Virus record (IMG/VR): IMGVR_UViG_3300045557_000070
Coordinates: 1 to 41,445 of that record
Length of the DNA: 41,445 nt
Strand: one strand, 5' to 3'
Source of the DNA: a virus
Taxonomy: Duplodnaviria; Caudoviricetes
The notes beneath the pieces were generated by a model. It was not told the origin of the DNA and ran no database searches. It was given only the letters and a program-made list of their open reading frames with translations. Both the position numbers and the translations under genes were made by a program. Below, piece after piece: positions 1 through 7,564 of this stretch (position 1 is its first letter; each line of letters begins with the position of its first letter).

Positions 1-183
1 ATGAAAGGTATATGTGGGCTTGCGCCAGATATAAATCAATGCCCTAATTACAATGTAGATACGGGGAGCTGTGCTTCCAATAATAATGTGTGCGGATTTT
101 TTAGGGAATTAGTTGAGAAAAAGGAAGAAAAGACAGAGTACAAAAGAAAACCAAGATGGTACGAACGGTATTATAAGAGGTAG
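1..183 (+). CDS. Small Cys-containing hypothetical protein
   Basis: 60 aa ORF with four Cys and a basic/aromatic C-terminus, followed by a hairpin. Confidence 0.6.
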   Translation: MKGICGLAPDINQCPNYNVDTGSCASNNNVCGFFRELVEKKEEKTEYKRKPRWYERYYKR

Positions 184-210
184 GGATATGGTTGCCCTAC
201 CTTTCCTTAT
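178..210 (+). terminator. Putative intrinsic terminator
   Basis: AGGTAGGG/CCCTACCT inverted repeat followed by a T-rich run. Confidence 0.5.
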
Positions 211-288
211 TTGCTCTGAAAGCTCTAGATACTGCAGCACGCCATCTTGACCTGGCAATCGCACACATAAACAAAATTATACATAACA

Positions 289-323
289 GAAAAGGCAGAA
301 CCGGAATTCCGGATATCTGCCTT
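289..323 (-). terminator. Putative intrinsic terminator downstream of darG
   Basis: AAGGCAGA..CCGGAATTCCGG..TCTGCCTT stem with a T tract on the minus strand. Confidence 0.55.
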
Positions 324-491
324 ACTTAAACTTTGAACAATGCTACGCTTTGTATCCATACTGATTGTATATATGAAGTACACACTCCAGATCATAATTA
401 TACCTGCCCCAAAGTATTCAAAAGTTTGTACAGGTAGACAATTTTAGCTATTCATTCAAAGTATATAAAAATTACGATTTCTTTTAATCTG

Positions 492-1511
492 CTATAGAGT
501 ATTAAAATCACCAAGTAAATTTTTTTCAATAATATTTGTGTTTTCTAAATAATTTATATAATTCAATATATCTTTTTCTGTAAATCTATTTGCCTTGTTA
601 TCTGACCATTCTCGAAAACGATTAATAAGACTATCTTCATTATTTTCTTTTCCATTTTGTATAAGATATAATACTGTAGCAATCCCTTCTAAATCCTTAT
701 TTAAAGTAATATTATTCACATAATCAGTAGACTTTTTTATAGCAGGATTTATTTTATCCAATTTTTTATCCAATTTTTCGCTACATATAATTTTATAAAC
801 CATACTATACGTTTCATCAGTAGATCTTAAATTATAATATTTTTGATAGGCTCCGATATCTTTAGCAATTATATTTATTGCATAATCATAAGGTCCAAAT
901 TTATACTTATCAAATTTAAAATAATTTTCTCCTAAAAAATAATTTAAAAAATACGCTGACTTCTGAAGTCTTAATTCTGATACCTTGGCCAAGTTCATCT
1001 TTAAATTCATGATAACAAGACTAGATAGATGCAGTTCAGGGGCTTCTTTAGGTTTTTGCTGAAAGTTATACGATGGTTCATATATTAAAAAATCATAAGA
1101 ATCTTCTAAATTATCTAAACTCTCTAATATTAACTTTTTTACGATTATCCAATCTAAGCCGCCATTACCACATCCTAAAGGTGGGATAGCTATAGTCTTT
1201 ACATCTAATTTGGGCAATAGTTGTACAAAAGCCTTCAAACCATCTTCTATATAATTAATTTTTGAAGACGCTCTCCATTTGTCTTTCGTTGGAAAATTAA
1301 TTATGGTTATGCCATCTTCAATAAAGTAATGAACTTTACCTACTTTTAATTGCCCGGATTTACAAGCTTGTATATAGTTTTTGTTATTCTCAGGAAAACG
1401 CATTTTAAATTGATAAGCCACACCTTTTCCCATAAATCCTTCACAATTTACTGTATTCAATAGGCAATCAGCTCCTGAAGCGAACATATCACCAGTAACT
1501 AATTTTATCAC
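492..1511 (-). CDS. darG: DarG antitoxin (macrodomain DNA ADP-ribosyl glycohydrolase)
   Basis: GDMF, NTVNCEGFMGKGVA, NFPTK..WR and IPPLGCGNGGL macrodomain motifs plus a DarG-like C-terminal domain; directly downstream of darT. Confidence 0.92.
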   Translation of the reverse strand: MIKLVTGDMFASGADCLLNTVNCEGFMGKGVAYQFKMRFPENNKNYIQACKSGQLKVGKVHYFIEDGITIINFPTKDKWRASSKINYIEDGLKAFVQLLPKLDVKTIAIPPLGCGNGGLDWIIVKKLILESLDNLEDSYDFLIYEPSYNFQQKPKEAPELHLSSLVIMNLKMNLAKVSELRLQKSAYFLNYFLGENYFKFDKYKFGPYDYAINIIAKDIGAYQKYYNLRSTDETYSMVYKIICSEKLDKKLDKINPAIKKSTDYVNNITLNKDLEGIATVLYLIQNGKENNEDSLINRFREWSDNKANRFTEKDILNYINYLENTNIIEKNLLGDFNTL

Positions 1512-1525
1512 TAAAACCCTTCTTT

Positions 1526-2119
1526 CTATTTCTTTGCAATAAAATAATTAGGACTTAAATTTATATATGGTGGTTTTCTTATACTATATTTATCAAACAG
1601 ACTTTCTACCACCCCTTTGTCCTTTTCCGTTCTGACAGTTACGTTAATAAAATCGTAAATAGATAAATCACCATCGTAAATACATTCAGCCAAGCAAACT
1701 TCCTTGCACTCATGATCAGAATAGCAACGTTGTTCCATTGTATCCCAATCTATTTCAGTCATGCCACCATCATATGTATAGATTCTAAATGGAGCCATAT
1801 TTAATGGATGTCTAGGAATAATTTCAAACCCCATCTCTCGCGCCACAGTCCTTTTAACACATAGATAAACAAAATCATCTTCAGGGTGGCTCTTTTGCAC
1901 ATCCCCATCAAATGGATTGTTTGAAAAGAAATGAAACGGAACATAATTATCTAAGCCATGTATAGATCTAAATGATAAAATTTCCGGATTAGCCACATCT
2001 TCAAATTTAAGTTCTTCCTCAAACAACCTATTCCTAGATAACAAACCATATTTAAGTATGTTTTCCATATTCTTTAACTCTGTTAAATGATATAACAGTT
2101 GTCCATCTCGTATTCCCAT
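1526..2119 (-). CDS. darT: DarT ssDNA ADP-ribosyltransferase toxin (DUF4433)
   Basis: LYHLT..N..NIL..GLLSR, YVPFHF and CLAECI (candidate catalytic Glu); upstream of a macrodomain gene. Confidence 0.9.
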   Translation of the reverse strand: MGIRDGQLLYHLTELKNMENILKYGLLSRNRLFEEELKFEDVANPEILSFRSIHGLDNYVPFHFFSNNPFDGDVQKSHPEDDFVYLCVKRTVAREMGFEIIPRHPLNMAPFRIYTYDGGMTEIDWDTMEQRCYSDHECKEVCLAECIYDGDLSIYDFINVTVRTEKDKGVVESLFDKYSIRKPPYINLSPNYFIAKK

Positions 2120-2161
2120 ATTCTTCCCCCTAATTTAGCCTTTGTATTCACTCATATCCTA

Positions 2162-2190
2162 ATTATTACATTTATAATGAAAAATAGCAA
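2162..2190 (-). promoter_or_regulatory. Candidate sigma-A promoter of darTG
   Basis: TTGCTA-17 bp-AATAAT with a TGn extension in an AT-rich intergenic region. Confidence 0.4.
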
Positions 2191-2234
2191 TATCATTATT
2201 TATATTTTTCCTACACAATAAAGCAACATCATTT

Positions 2235-3077
2235 TTACTTAAATACTCTTGGATACTGCAATGCTCCATCCTGATCCGGCGTGAGCGTCACCGGCTTCAC
2301 AATCATTTTGCCGTCACCGTCCAGACAATAAACCTTTCCGGATTCAGCGATCAGAGTACCTTTGAGCATAACACCATCTGCATTAAGATAATACCAATCC
2401 CCCTTGTATTGATACCATGTACTTGTGACCATCGTTCCGGCGCCGTTAAACCAGTACCACTTGTCCTGATCCTGAAGCCAATCATTCCGGACCGGAAGGC
2501 CGGTATCGCCATTGTAGAAACGCCATCCGCCGTCCTCCTGGATCCATCTGGATTTCTTCGCCGGCGCCGATACCAGAGCAGCCTTAAAGCTGTCCCAGGT
2601 ATGCTGAGTGTGATTCCATACATAAGGATTTGGACAAATCTTCCCCGTAACATCATGATGGCGGATCACCCGGTCCACAGGTATGTTATATTTCTCCATA
2701 AGCTCCTTGGTCAACTCGATCGCTGCCTTTACTGTAGCCTCCTCAAAGTACCAGTCCCGGCTTGTGTCGGCCAAATTTCCACTGCTATTTCTAACACACA
2801 TTTCAATACCAATACTGTTCTGGTTCCTGCATTCCGGGTGGGTGTAGGCTTTTGCCCCACAATGCCATGCAATATCCTTTTCCTCAACGGATTGCCATAC
2901 TTCCCCATCAAACCCAACATAATAATGCGCGCTGGCCCCAATGTATTGGGAGGCATAGTATTTACAGTTAGCCTCTGCTCCTCCAAGAGCTCCTACATAG
3001 TGGATTACAATGTACTTAATGCGATCTGCAGTACCGGCATTATAGTTATAAGGTGTAAGTAATTTTTTGATCTGCAT
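2235..3077 (-). CDS. Endolysin: N-acetylmuramoyl-L-alanine amidase (Amidase_2) with choline/cell-wall binding repeats
   Basis: YIVIHY, SAHY, AWHCG, SIGIEMC, HHDVTGKICP; C-terminal WYW/WYY repeats; start MQIKK follows GGAGG. Confidence 0.93.
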   Translation of the reverse strand: MQIKKLLTPYNYNAGTADRIKYIVIHYVGALGGAEANCKYYASQYIGASAHYYVGFDGEVWQSVEEKDIAWHCGAKAYTHPECRNQNSIGIEMCVRNSSGNLADTSRDWYFEEATVKAAIELTKELMEKYNIPVDRVIRHHDVTGKICPNPYVWNHTQHTWDSFKAALVSAPAKKSRWIQEDGGWRFYNGDTGLPVRNDWLQDQDKWYWFNGAGTMVTSTWYQYKGDWYYLNADGVMLKGTLIAESGKVYCLDGDGKMIVKPVTLTPDQDGALQYPRVFK

Positions 3078-3090
3078 ATTTTCCCTCCAA

Positions 3091-3121
3091 TTAAAAAAGG
3101 CCCAGGTAATCACCCAGGCCC
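3091..3121 (-). terminator. Putative terminator between holin and endolysin
   Basis: GGCCTGGG-TGATTA-CCTGGGCC stem (with G-U pairs) followed by TTTTTT. Confidence 0.45.
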
Positions 3122-3145
3122 AAAAGTTTTGATGTTACAACGGCG

Positions 3146-3589
3146 TCATGTATTATCCGGTAGCTCGTCCGTGTACTGGGACAGAAACTTCTTTATAAAC
3201 TCCCAGAGTTTCTTAACCGGCAGACCACATAAAGTCATATTTTTAAGAATGCTTACCAACTCATAAGCAATGTACAGGAGACCGAAAAACTCGGCCACAC
3301 CAATACCGGATACCGGCAGATACCCACGGACTGTTTCCGGAATAAACCCGATCAGATTAAGATGTACTATCTGATCAAGAATCAGCAGGAATGCCAGAGA
3401 CGCCACCATTGAGATCTTCCGGATTGCTCCATCGATTCCAAAGCAACTGTTAAACTTATGCTCCTTAACCGCTCTGATGCAGCCGAAACATGTATCCATC
3501 ACTACTGCTAATATTACCAGTTTAATAATAGGGCTTCCCCATGCCAGGGCAAGCAATTCCATAATTTTATCCACTTCCATTTTCCTCAC
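3146..3589 (-). CDS. Phage holin (holin family 4 / toxin-secretion-like)
   Basis: Three hydrophobic segments, NS..G..G..RK and E..SIL.N....G.P motifs; adjacent to the endolysin. Confidence 0.85.
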   Translation of the reverse strand: MRKMEVDKIMELLALAWGSPIIKLVILAVVMDTCFGCIRAVKEHKFNSCFGIDGAIRKISMVASLAFLLILDQIVHLNLIGFIPETVRGYLPVSGIGVAEFFGLLYIAYELVSILKNMTLCGLPVKKLWEFIKKFLSQYTDELPDNT

Positions 3590-3723
3590 GCTTTCTTATA
3601 TTCGTTCCCGGTGATATCCAGGTATTCTTTCTCTGTGATCCAGCGACCTACAGCATTCCACACCATTCCAACGGACCATAGACTTGCTTCATAAAATCCT
3701 TTCACCTTTTCAAATTTATTCAT
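3586..3723 (-). CDS. XkdX family protein (45 aa, absent from ORF track)
   Basis: MNKFEKVKGFYEASLWSVGMVWNAVGRWITEKEYLDITGNEYKKA; IT..EY..ITG motif; typical position before the holin. Confidence 0.85.
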   Translation of the reverse strand: MNKFEKVKGFYEASLWSVGMVWNAVGRWITEKEYLDITGNEYKKA

Positions 3724-3727
3724 CGTT

Positions 3728-4123
3728 TTATACCTCCATTTCATATCCAGACATCATGGACAGGTACTCTATCTGGGCATTAAGGACCTGTACCTGCTTC
3801 TGAGAATCCTCGTACTGCTTTTGAATTAACATAAGGGTACGGTAATCTACAAAAGGATAACAGGCATAACCACTCTGGATTTTGTTTCCCCTTTCATCAA
3901 GTCTATAAAGTAGCTCGCCAGTTTTTTCGTCTCTGGCATTGCTCCCATCATCATTAAAGAGAAATTCATACTGAGGTTCGTATTTGTAGCCACATATACA
4001 GGCATCACACCAGTTGCCAAACATTTCCTCTCTTGTTCTTTCAACTTTAAAAACTTCTTTGAAATAACTTGGTTCTTTTTCTAATGATAATATTTCATTT
4101 TGATCATTTACATATATTTTCAT
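3728..4123 (-). CDS. Hypothetical protein, possible tail fibre chaperone
   Basis: 131 aa ORF between the fibre gene and XkdX, with RBS and a C-terminal coiled coil. Confidence 0.6.
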   Translation of the reverse strand: MKIYVNDQNEILSLEKEPSYFKEVFKVERTREEMFGNWCDACICGYKYEPQYEFLFNDDGSNARDEKTGELLYRLDERGNKIQSGYACYPFVDYRTLMLIQKQYEDSQKQVQVLNAQIEYLSMMSGYEMEV

Positions 4124-4133
4124 AAGCCCTCCT

Positions 4134-5033
4134 TTAACTTAACCAAATACGGTAAATAGCAGGTTGCATTCCTTCGAATAATATTCTGAAAGTGGTGTTT
4201 GCTTGACGTGCAGCTACACTTATCGAATGTACATAATTACCATTCGGTAGATACATCAATGATCCGACATCTTCATACGTTCCGCCAGATAAATAGGATA
4301 CGGTTAATGTTCCGCTATTTAATGCGTCTCTATATCCTTCAATATTAATATAATTTCGTCCTACTGTACTAAAGGTGGCTGCTATTCTACAAGAATAAGA
4401 TTTCAGGGTTATTTGTCCCGCTTCAAAAAATAGAGAGCCTTGTGTACCTGTCCATCCAGCTACGTTATTCCCTCTATAATATAAATCTGTTGCCCCCGGT
4501 ACATACCCCTCCCACGTACCAACAACACCGCCAATATTCACACCCTTTTTAATATTCCAGGGTTGATAATTCGGAATATCTTGCTGAATCCAGTTGACAC
4601 CATTTAAGAAATGTCCATTCCTGACCCCCAAATTAATAGTTCCTGCCCAATTACTCATGTTGGTCGCCCAGACCCGATCAGTGCCAGAAACGTCCGCTCC
4701 CTGCATGGGTATGCCGCCCTGGACTCCACAAATATTCGTATCAGAACGGAACTTCCATGGTTCAAGTCCTATATCTCCAAGCTCCAGGTATTCATAATAG
4801 TTATCTGCCCATGAGCTCCCATGAAGTCCATAATCAACTGCTACCTCAAAACGGTTGTTATTATATCGCCAGTATCGTATCTTTGTTGGCTTACGGCAGT
4901 CTGGCATGGTTCCAGTTACTGGATTCCCGTCTTTGTCAACACCAACCTTCCCGGCCAGCACATCACCTGCCCCAGCTGTTATCACATCCAGATCAGCCCC
5001 ACCACCGCCTCCCGGCATCCATATCTTTCCCAT
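4134..5033 (-). CDS. Tail fibre / receptor-binding protein
   Basis: Poly-Gly N-terminus, repeated PW.(I/F)....NI.GV.G fibre-like motifs, beta-rich C-terminal domain, end of tail module. Confidence 0.7.
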   Translation of the reverse strand: MGKIWMPGGGGGADLDVITAGAGDVLAGKVGVDKDGNPVTGTMPDCRKPTKIRYWRYNNNRFEVAVDYGLHGSSWADNYYEYLELGDIGLEPWKFRSDTNICGVQGGIPMQGADVSGTDRVWATNMSNWAGTINLGVRNGHFLNGVNWIQQDIPNYQPWNIKKGVNIGGVVGTWEGYVPGATDLYYRGNNVAGWTGTQGSLFFEAGQITLKSYSCRIAATFSTVGRNYINIEGYRDALNSGTLTVSYLSGGTYEDVGSLMYLPNGNYVHSISVAARQANTTFRILFEGMQPAIYRIWLS

Positions 5034-5036
5034 ACC

Positions 5037-5486
5037 TTACACTCCTTTCAAACCGATTTTGATATCCGTAGTCGGCTTTTTGTATACCTTAAATATGGCA
5101 GTACCAGCCCCCAGGGAAGCAGTTCCGCTTGTTACAATACCAAAGGCCTTATTATATGCCTTCTGGACTGCTTCTGTGGCTCCATCTGCCAAAGCACTTA
5201 CTACCGTAGCCTCCATGTCCGCCGTGGCTCCTGCGACCGTTACTGTCTGCGTGTACGGGGCTGCACTACCGGTCCAGCCTGCGGCAGTTAAGGTCACCTC
5301 TGTCACGTGATCAAGTCGATTGATGGCTTTATTAGTTGTATTGATGTCCAGCGCCCCAAAGCTATCACCCACCGGATCATAGGGAGTCACATCTTCGAAG
5401 CTCATTGTCCCATCCGCATTTGTAATCATGCGGTATTTCCGATTCCCTGCAAACCCATCGTCCTTATAATCAATTCTTAATGCCAT
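5037..5486 (-). CDS. Tail-associated structural protein
   Basis: VTLTAAGWTGSAAPYTQTVTVAG motif typical of Firmicutes phage tail proteins. Confidence 0.7.
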   Translation of the reverse strand: MALRIDYKDDGFAGNRKYRMITNADGTMSFEDVTPYDPVGDSFGALDINTTNKAINRLDHVTEVTLTAAGWTGSAAPYTQTVTVAGATADMEATVVSALADGATEAVQKAYNKAFGIVTSGTASLGAGTAIFKVYKKPTTDIKIGLKGV

Positions 5487-5625
5487 TTCTGTTTCCTCCT
5501 AACTTAAAGGGCAGCCGATTCTGATGCTCCGCCCAGATTCCCACCCGGACGGAAATCACAAAGCTCTCTTTCGCTGCCACTGGATTTTTACTTATATTTA
5601 CGCTTGTGATCTCAATCTGCGCCAT
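5470..5625 (-). CDS. Small tail-module protein (51 aa, absent from ORF track)
   Basis: AAGGAGG RBS; MAQIEITSVNISKNPVAAKESFVISVRV...; similar to the C-terminus of the upstream Ig-like protein. Confidence 0.75.
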   Translation of the reverse strand: MAQIEITSVNISKNPVAAKESFVISVRVGIWAEHQNRLPFKLGGNRNGIKN

Positions 5626-5634
5626 AGGCCCTCC

Positions 5635-6540
5635 TTAATCAGTCACCTTTACGGACAGAACAAAGGTCTTGCCGGCATCTACTGGGTTCGGTACCAAACT
5701 CACCTCTGAGATAACCGGGGCTGCAGTATCCAGTGTGACGGCCCTTGTTACCGTGGTTGTCTTTCCTGCACCATCTTTCGCCACGACGGTGATCGTATTG
5801 GCTCCCTCCGCCAGGGTAAGTGCTTTGCTAAATGTGCCGTCACCATTTACGGTCACACCGGCCGCAGTGCCACTATTGAGTTTCACTGTCACGGTCACGG
5901 GGCTAGAAGTCACATCATTGGTGTTCCCGGTCACTGTGCAGACCGCCTGATTGGTGATCAGATTATTGGCAGGAGCTGTTATGTTTAGGGTGGGCGGTAC
6001 TGTATCAATTTTAAAGGTCACACTTTTCTGCGCAGCTGCATTACCATCATAGTCTGATGCATCCGCCTTGATTGTATGGCTACCATCTCCCAAAGCTGAT
6101 GGAGGCGTATAGCTGCAGGTAAACCCTTTTCCAGATGCGGTCTTTGTTATCCCCGACGTAATGACGGTGGAGTCTATCGTCAGTTTAATTGTGTCTGGGT
6201 TCACTCCTGAATCATCATCTGTAATGGACCAAGTAATGACAGGCGCATTGTTGGTAATCAAGGATGATGCTGTCGGGGCTGTTATCGTAATGACCGGAGC
6301 CACCTTCTCTTTGACAGTAAGCCGCAGGCTGCTTCCAAGCGTACTGTCCGTTGCGTCCTTTGTGGTGACGTTTCCCGCCGTATCCTCTGCTTTGATGGAT
6401 AAAGGGTAATAATGTCCACTCAAAGGATAACTAGACGTTGATGGAGCAGTGATGGTTGCTTCATAGGCTCCTGTGGAGCTGTTCAACGTTAGATTGTAGG
6501 TCTGGCCATTGAGCGTGGCCTGTACCGTTTTAACACTCAT
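5635..6540 (-). CDS. Ig-like repeat structural protein
   Basis: Thr-rich tandem Ig-like domains (P...ITAP, L.DG.HTI...A.D.AGN, DT..P). Confidence 0.85.
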   Translation of the reverse strand: MSVKTVQATLNGQTYNLTLNSSTGAYEATITAPSTSSYPLSGHYYPLSIKAEDTAGNVTTKDATDSTLGSSLRLTVKEKVAPVITITAPTASSLITNNAPVITWSITDDDSGVNPDTIKLTIDSTVITSGITKTASGKGFTCSYTPPSALGDGSHTIKADASDYDGNAAAQKSVTFKIDTVPPTLNITAPANNLITNQAVCTVTGNTNDVTSSPVTVTVKLNSGTAAGVTVNGDGTFSKALTLAEGANTITVVAKDGAGKTTTVTRAVTLDTAAPVISEVSLVPNPVDAGKTFVLSVKVTD

Positions 6541-7166
6541 AAAGTTCCTCTCTTTCCTAATGTAATGGGTAATCTTCTACGGGCTTTCATGATTCCATAT
6601 AACCGGTCAAAGAGCTTCTGGCAGGCCTCTTCTATCTGGTTCAACTCTACATAACTCAAAAATGGCTTATTCTCCAAGTGGACACTGTACTGCTCTGCCG
6701 GAAGGCCCGAAGCAATACAGATATAATTTAGATTCTTTTCAATCACCTGGAAGTCTTCCGGCTTTGGATATTCTTCCCAGCTCTTATCCGGCCCCATGTT
6801 CACAAATTCAACACTGTTAAAAAGTGTATCTGCAATTCGCTTGATGTAACAAACATTATATTTGATCCGGTTATATTCCGCTGCGTTAAAGTAATTAGGC
6901 GGCTCCCAATGTTTTGTAGTGATAAAGATATTTTCCTTCACCACCAACCGGAGATCCCCGCCAAGCTCTGGATCGTCTTTGCCTTTTACCGTAACATTGC
7001 CAGCAACGTCCCCAGACTGCAGAGTGACCGCATAGCTGCGGTATTCCAGTAAATCCGTTTCAGGAGCTTGGGGGGCCGGAATAATAGCGTGATACAAACC
7101 GTCCTCTCCCAACGTCAGCTCGTAGGTAACGCCATCTATAACGGCTCTAGCATACTTTACCGACAT
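6537..7166 (-). CDS. Chimeric tail-module protein
   Basis: Start MSVKY after GGAGG; N-half resembles the 5635-6540 product, C-half resembles the 7157-7564 product. Confidence 0.75.
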   Translation of the reverse strand: MSVKYARAVIDGVTYELTLGEDGLYHAIIPAPQAPETDLLEYRSYAVTLQSGDVAGNVTVKGKDDPELGGDLRLVVKENIFITTKHWEPPNYFNAAEYNRIKYNVCYIKRIADTLFNSVEFVNMGPDKSWEEYPKPEDFQVIEKNLNYICIASGLPAEQYSVHLENKPFLSYVELNQIEEACQKLFDRLYGIMKARRRLPITLGKRGTL

Positions 7167-7564
7167 ACTGCACACCTCCCCCGGCCAAGATGGAAGGTAC
7201 ATCGAGGGCGGCCCCTGGATTGTCCCATCAGGTTCTCATACATTTTCAGGCAGCCCCCCTCAATACGATTTAAGGCTTGGTAATCTGGGAAGGGCTGGTT
7301 CTCGTACCATGTCACCGTTTCCCCCTTCCAATAAGGATAGATGCTATCGCGGATCCGGCCAAGGTTATCCTCTATCAGATTAATTTCATCCGCATAGAAG
7401 CTGTAATCTCTATAGGTTTTATCCGATCCCATTTCCTTGATTGCAAAATCAGGATACAAGGTAACAGACAGTGTTCGAAGCTCCTGAAGGTTATTCTTGA
7501 TCCGGTTATAATCTTCTATATTAAAGTGATCTTCTTTCTTCCAGATCTTAGGTTGTATCCACAT
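7157..7564 (-). CDS. Tail/baseplate-associated protein
   Basis: Start MWIQPKIW after GGAGG; DYNRIKNN and LNRIE motifs. Confidence 0.7.
   Translation of the reverse strand: MWIQPKIWKKEDHFNIEDYNRIKNNLQELRTLSVTLYPDFAIKEMGSDKTYRDYSFYADEINLIEDNLGRIRDSIYPYWKGETVTWYENQPFPDYQALNRIEGGCLKMYENLMGQSRGRPRCTFHLGRGRCAVCR

Noticed and set aside
230-270. GTCAAGATG and TGCAGT (minus strand) resembling the integrase-end repeats as att arm sites
   Set aside because: Match is short and fragmented; no att core repeat is visible
4134-5033. Fibre as a DGR target or shufflon
   Set aside because: No reverse transcriptase, invertase, template repeat or inverted crossover repeats seen in the window
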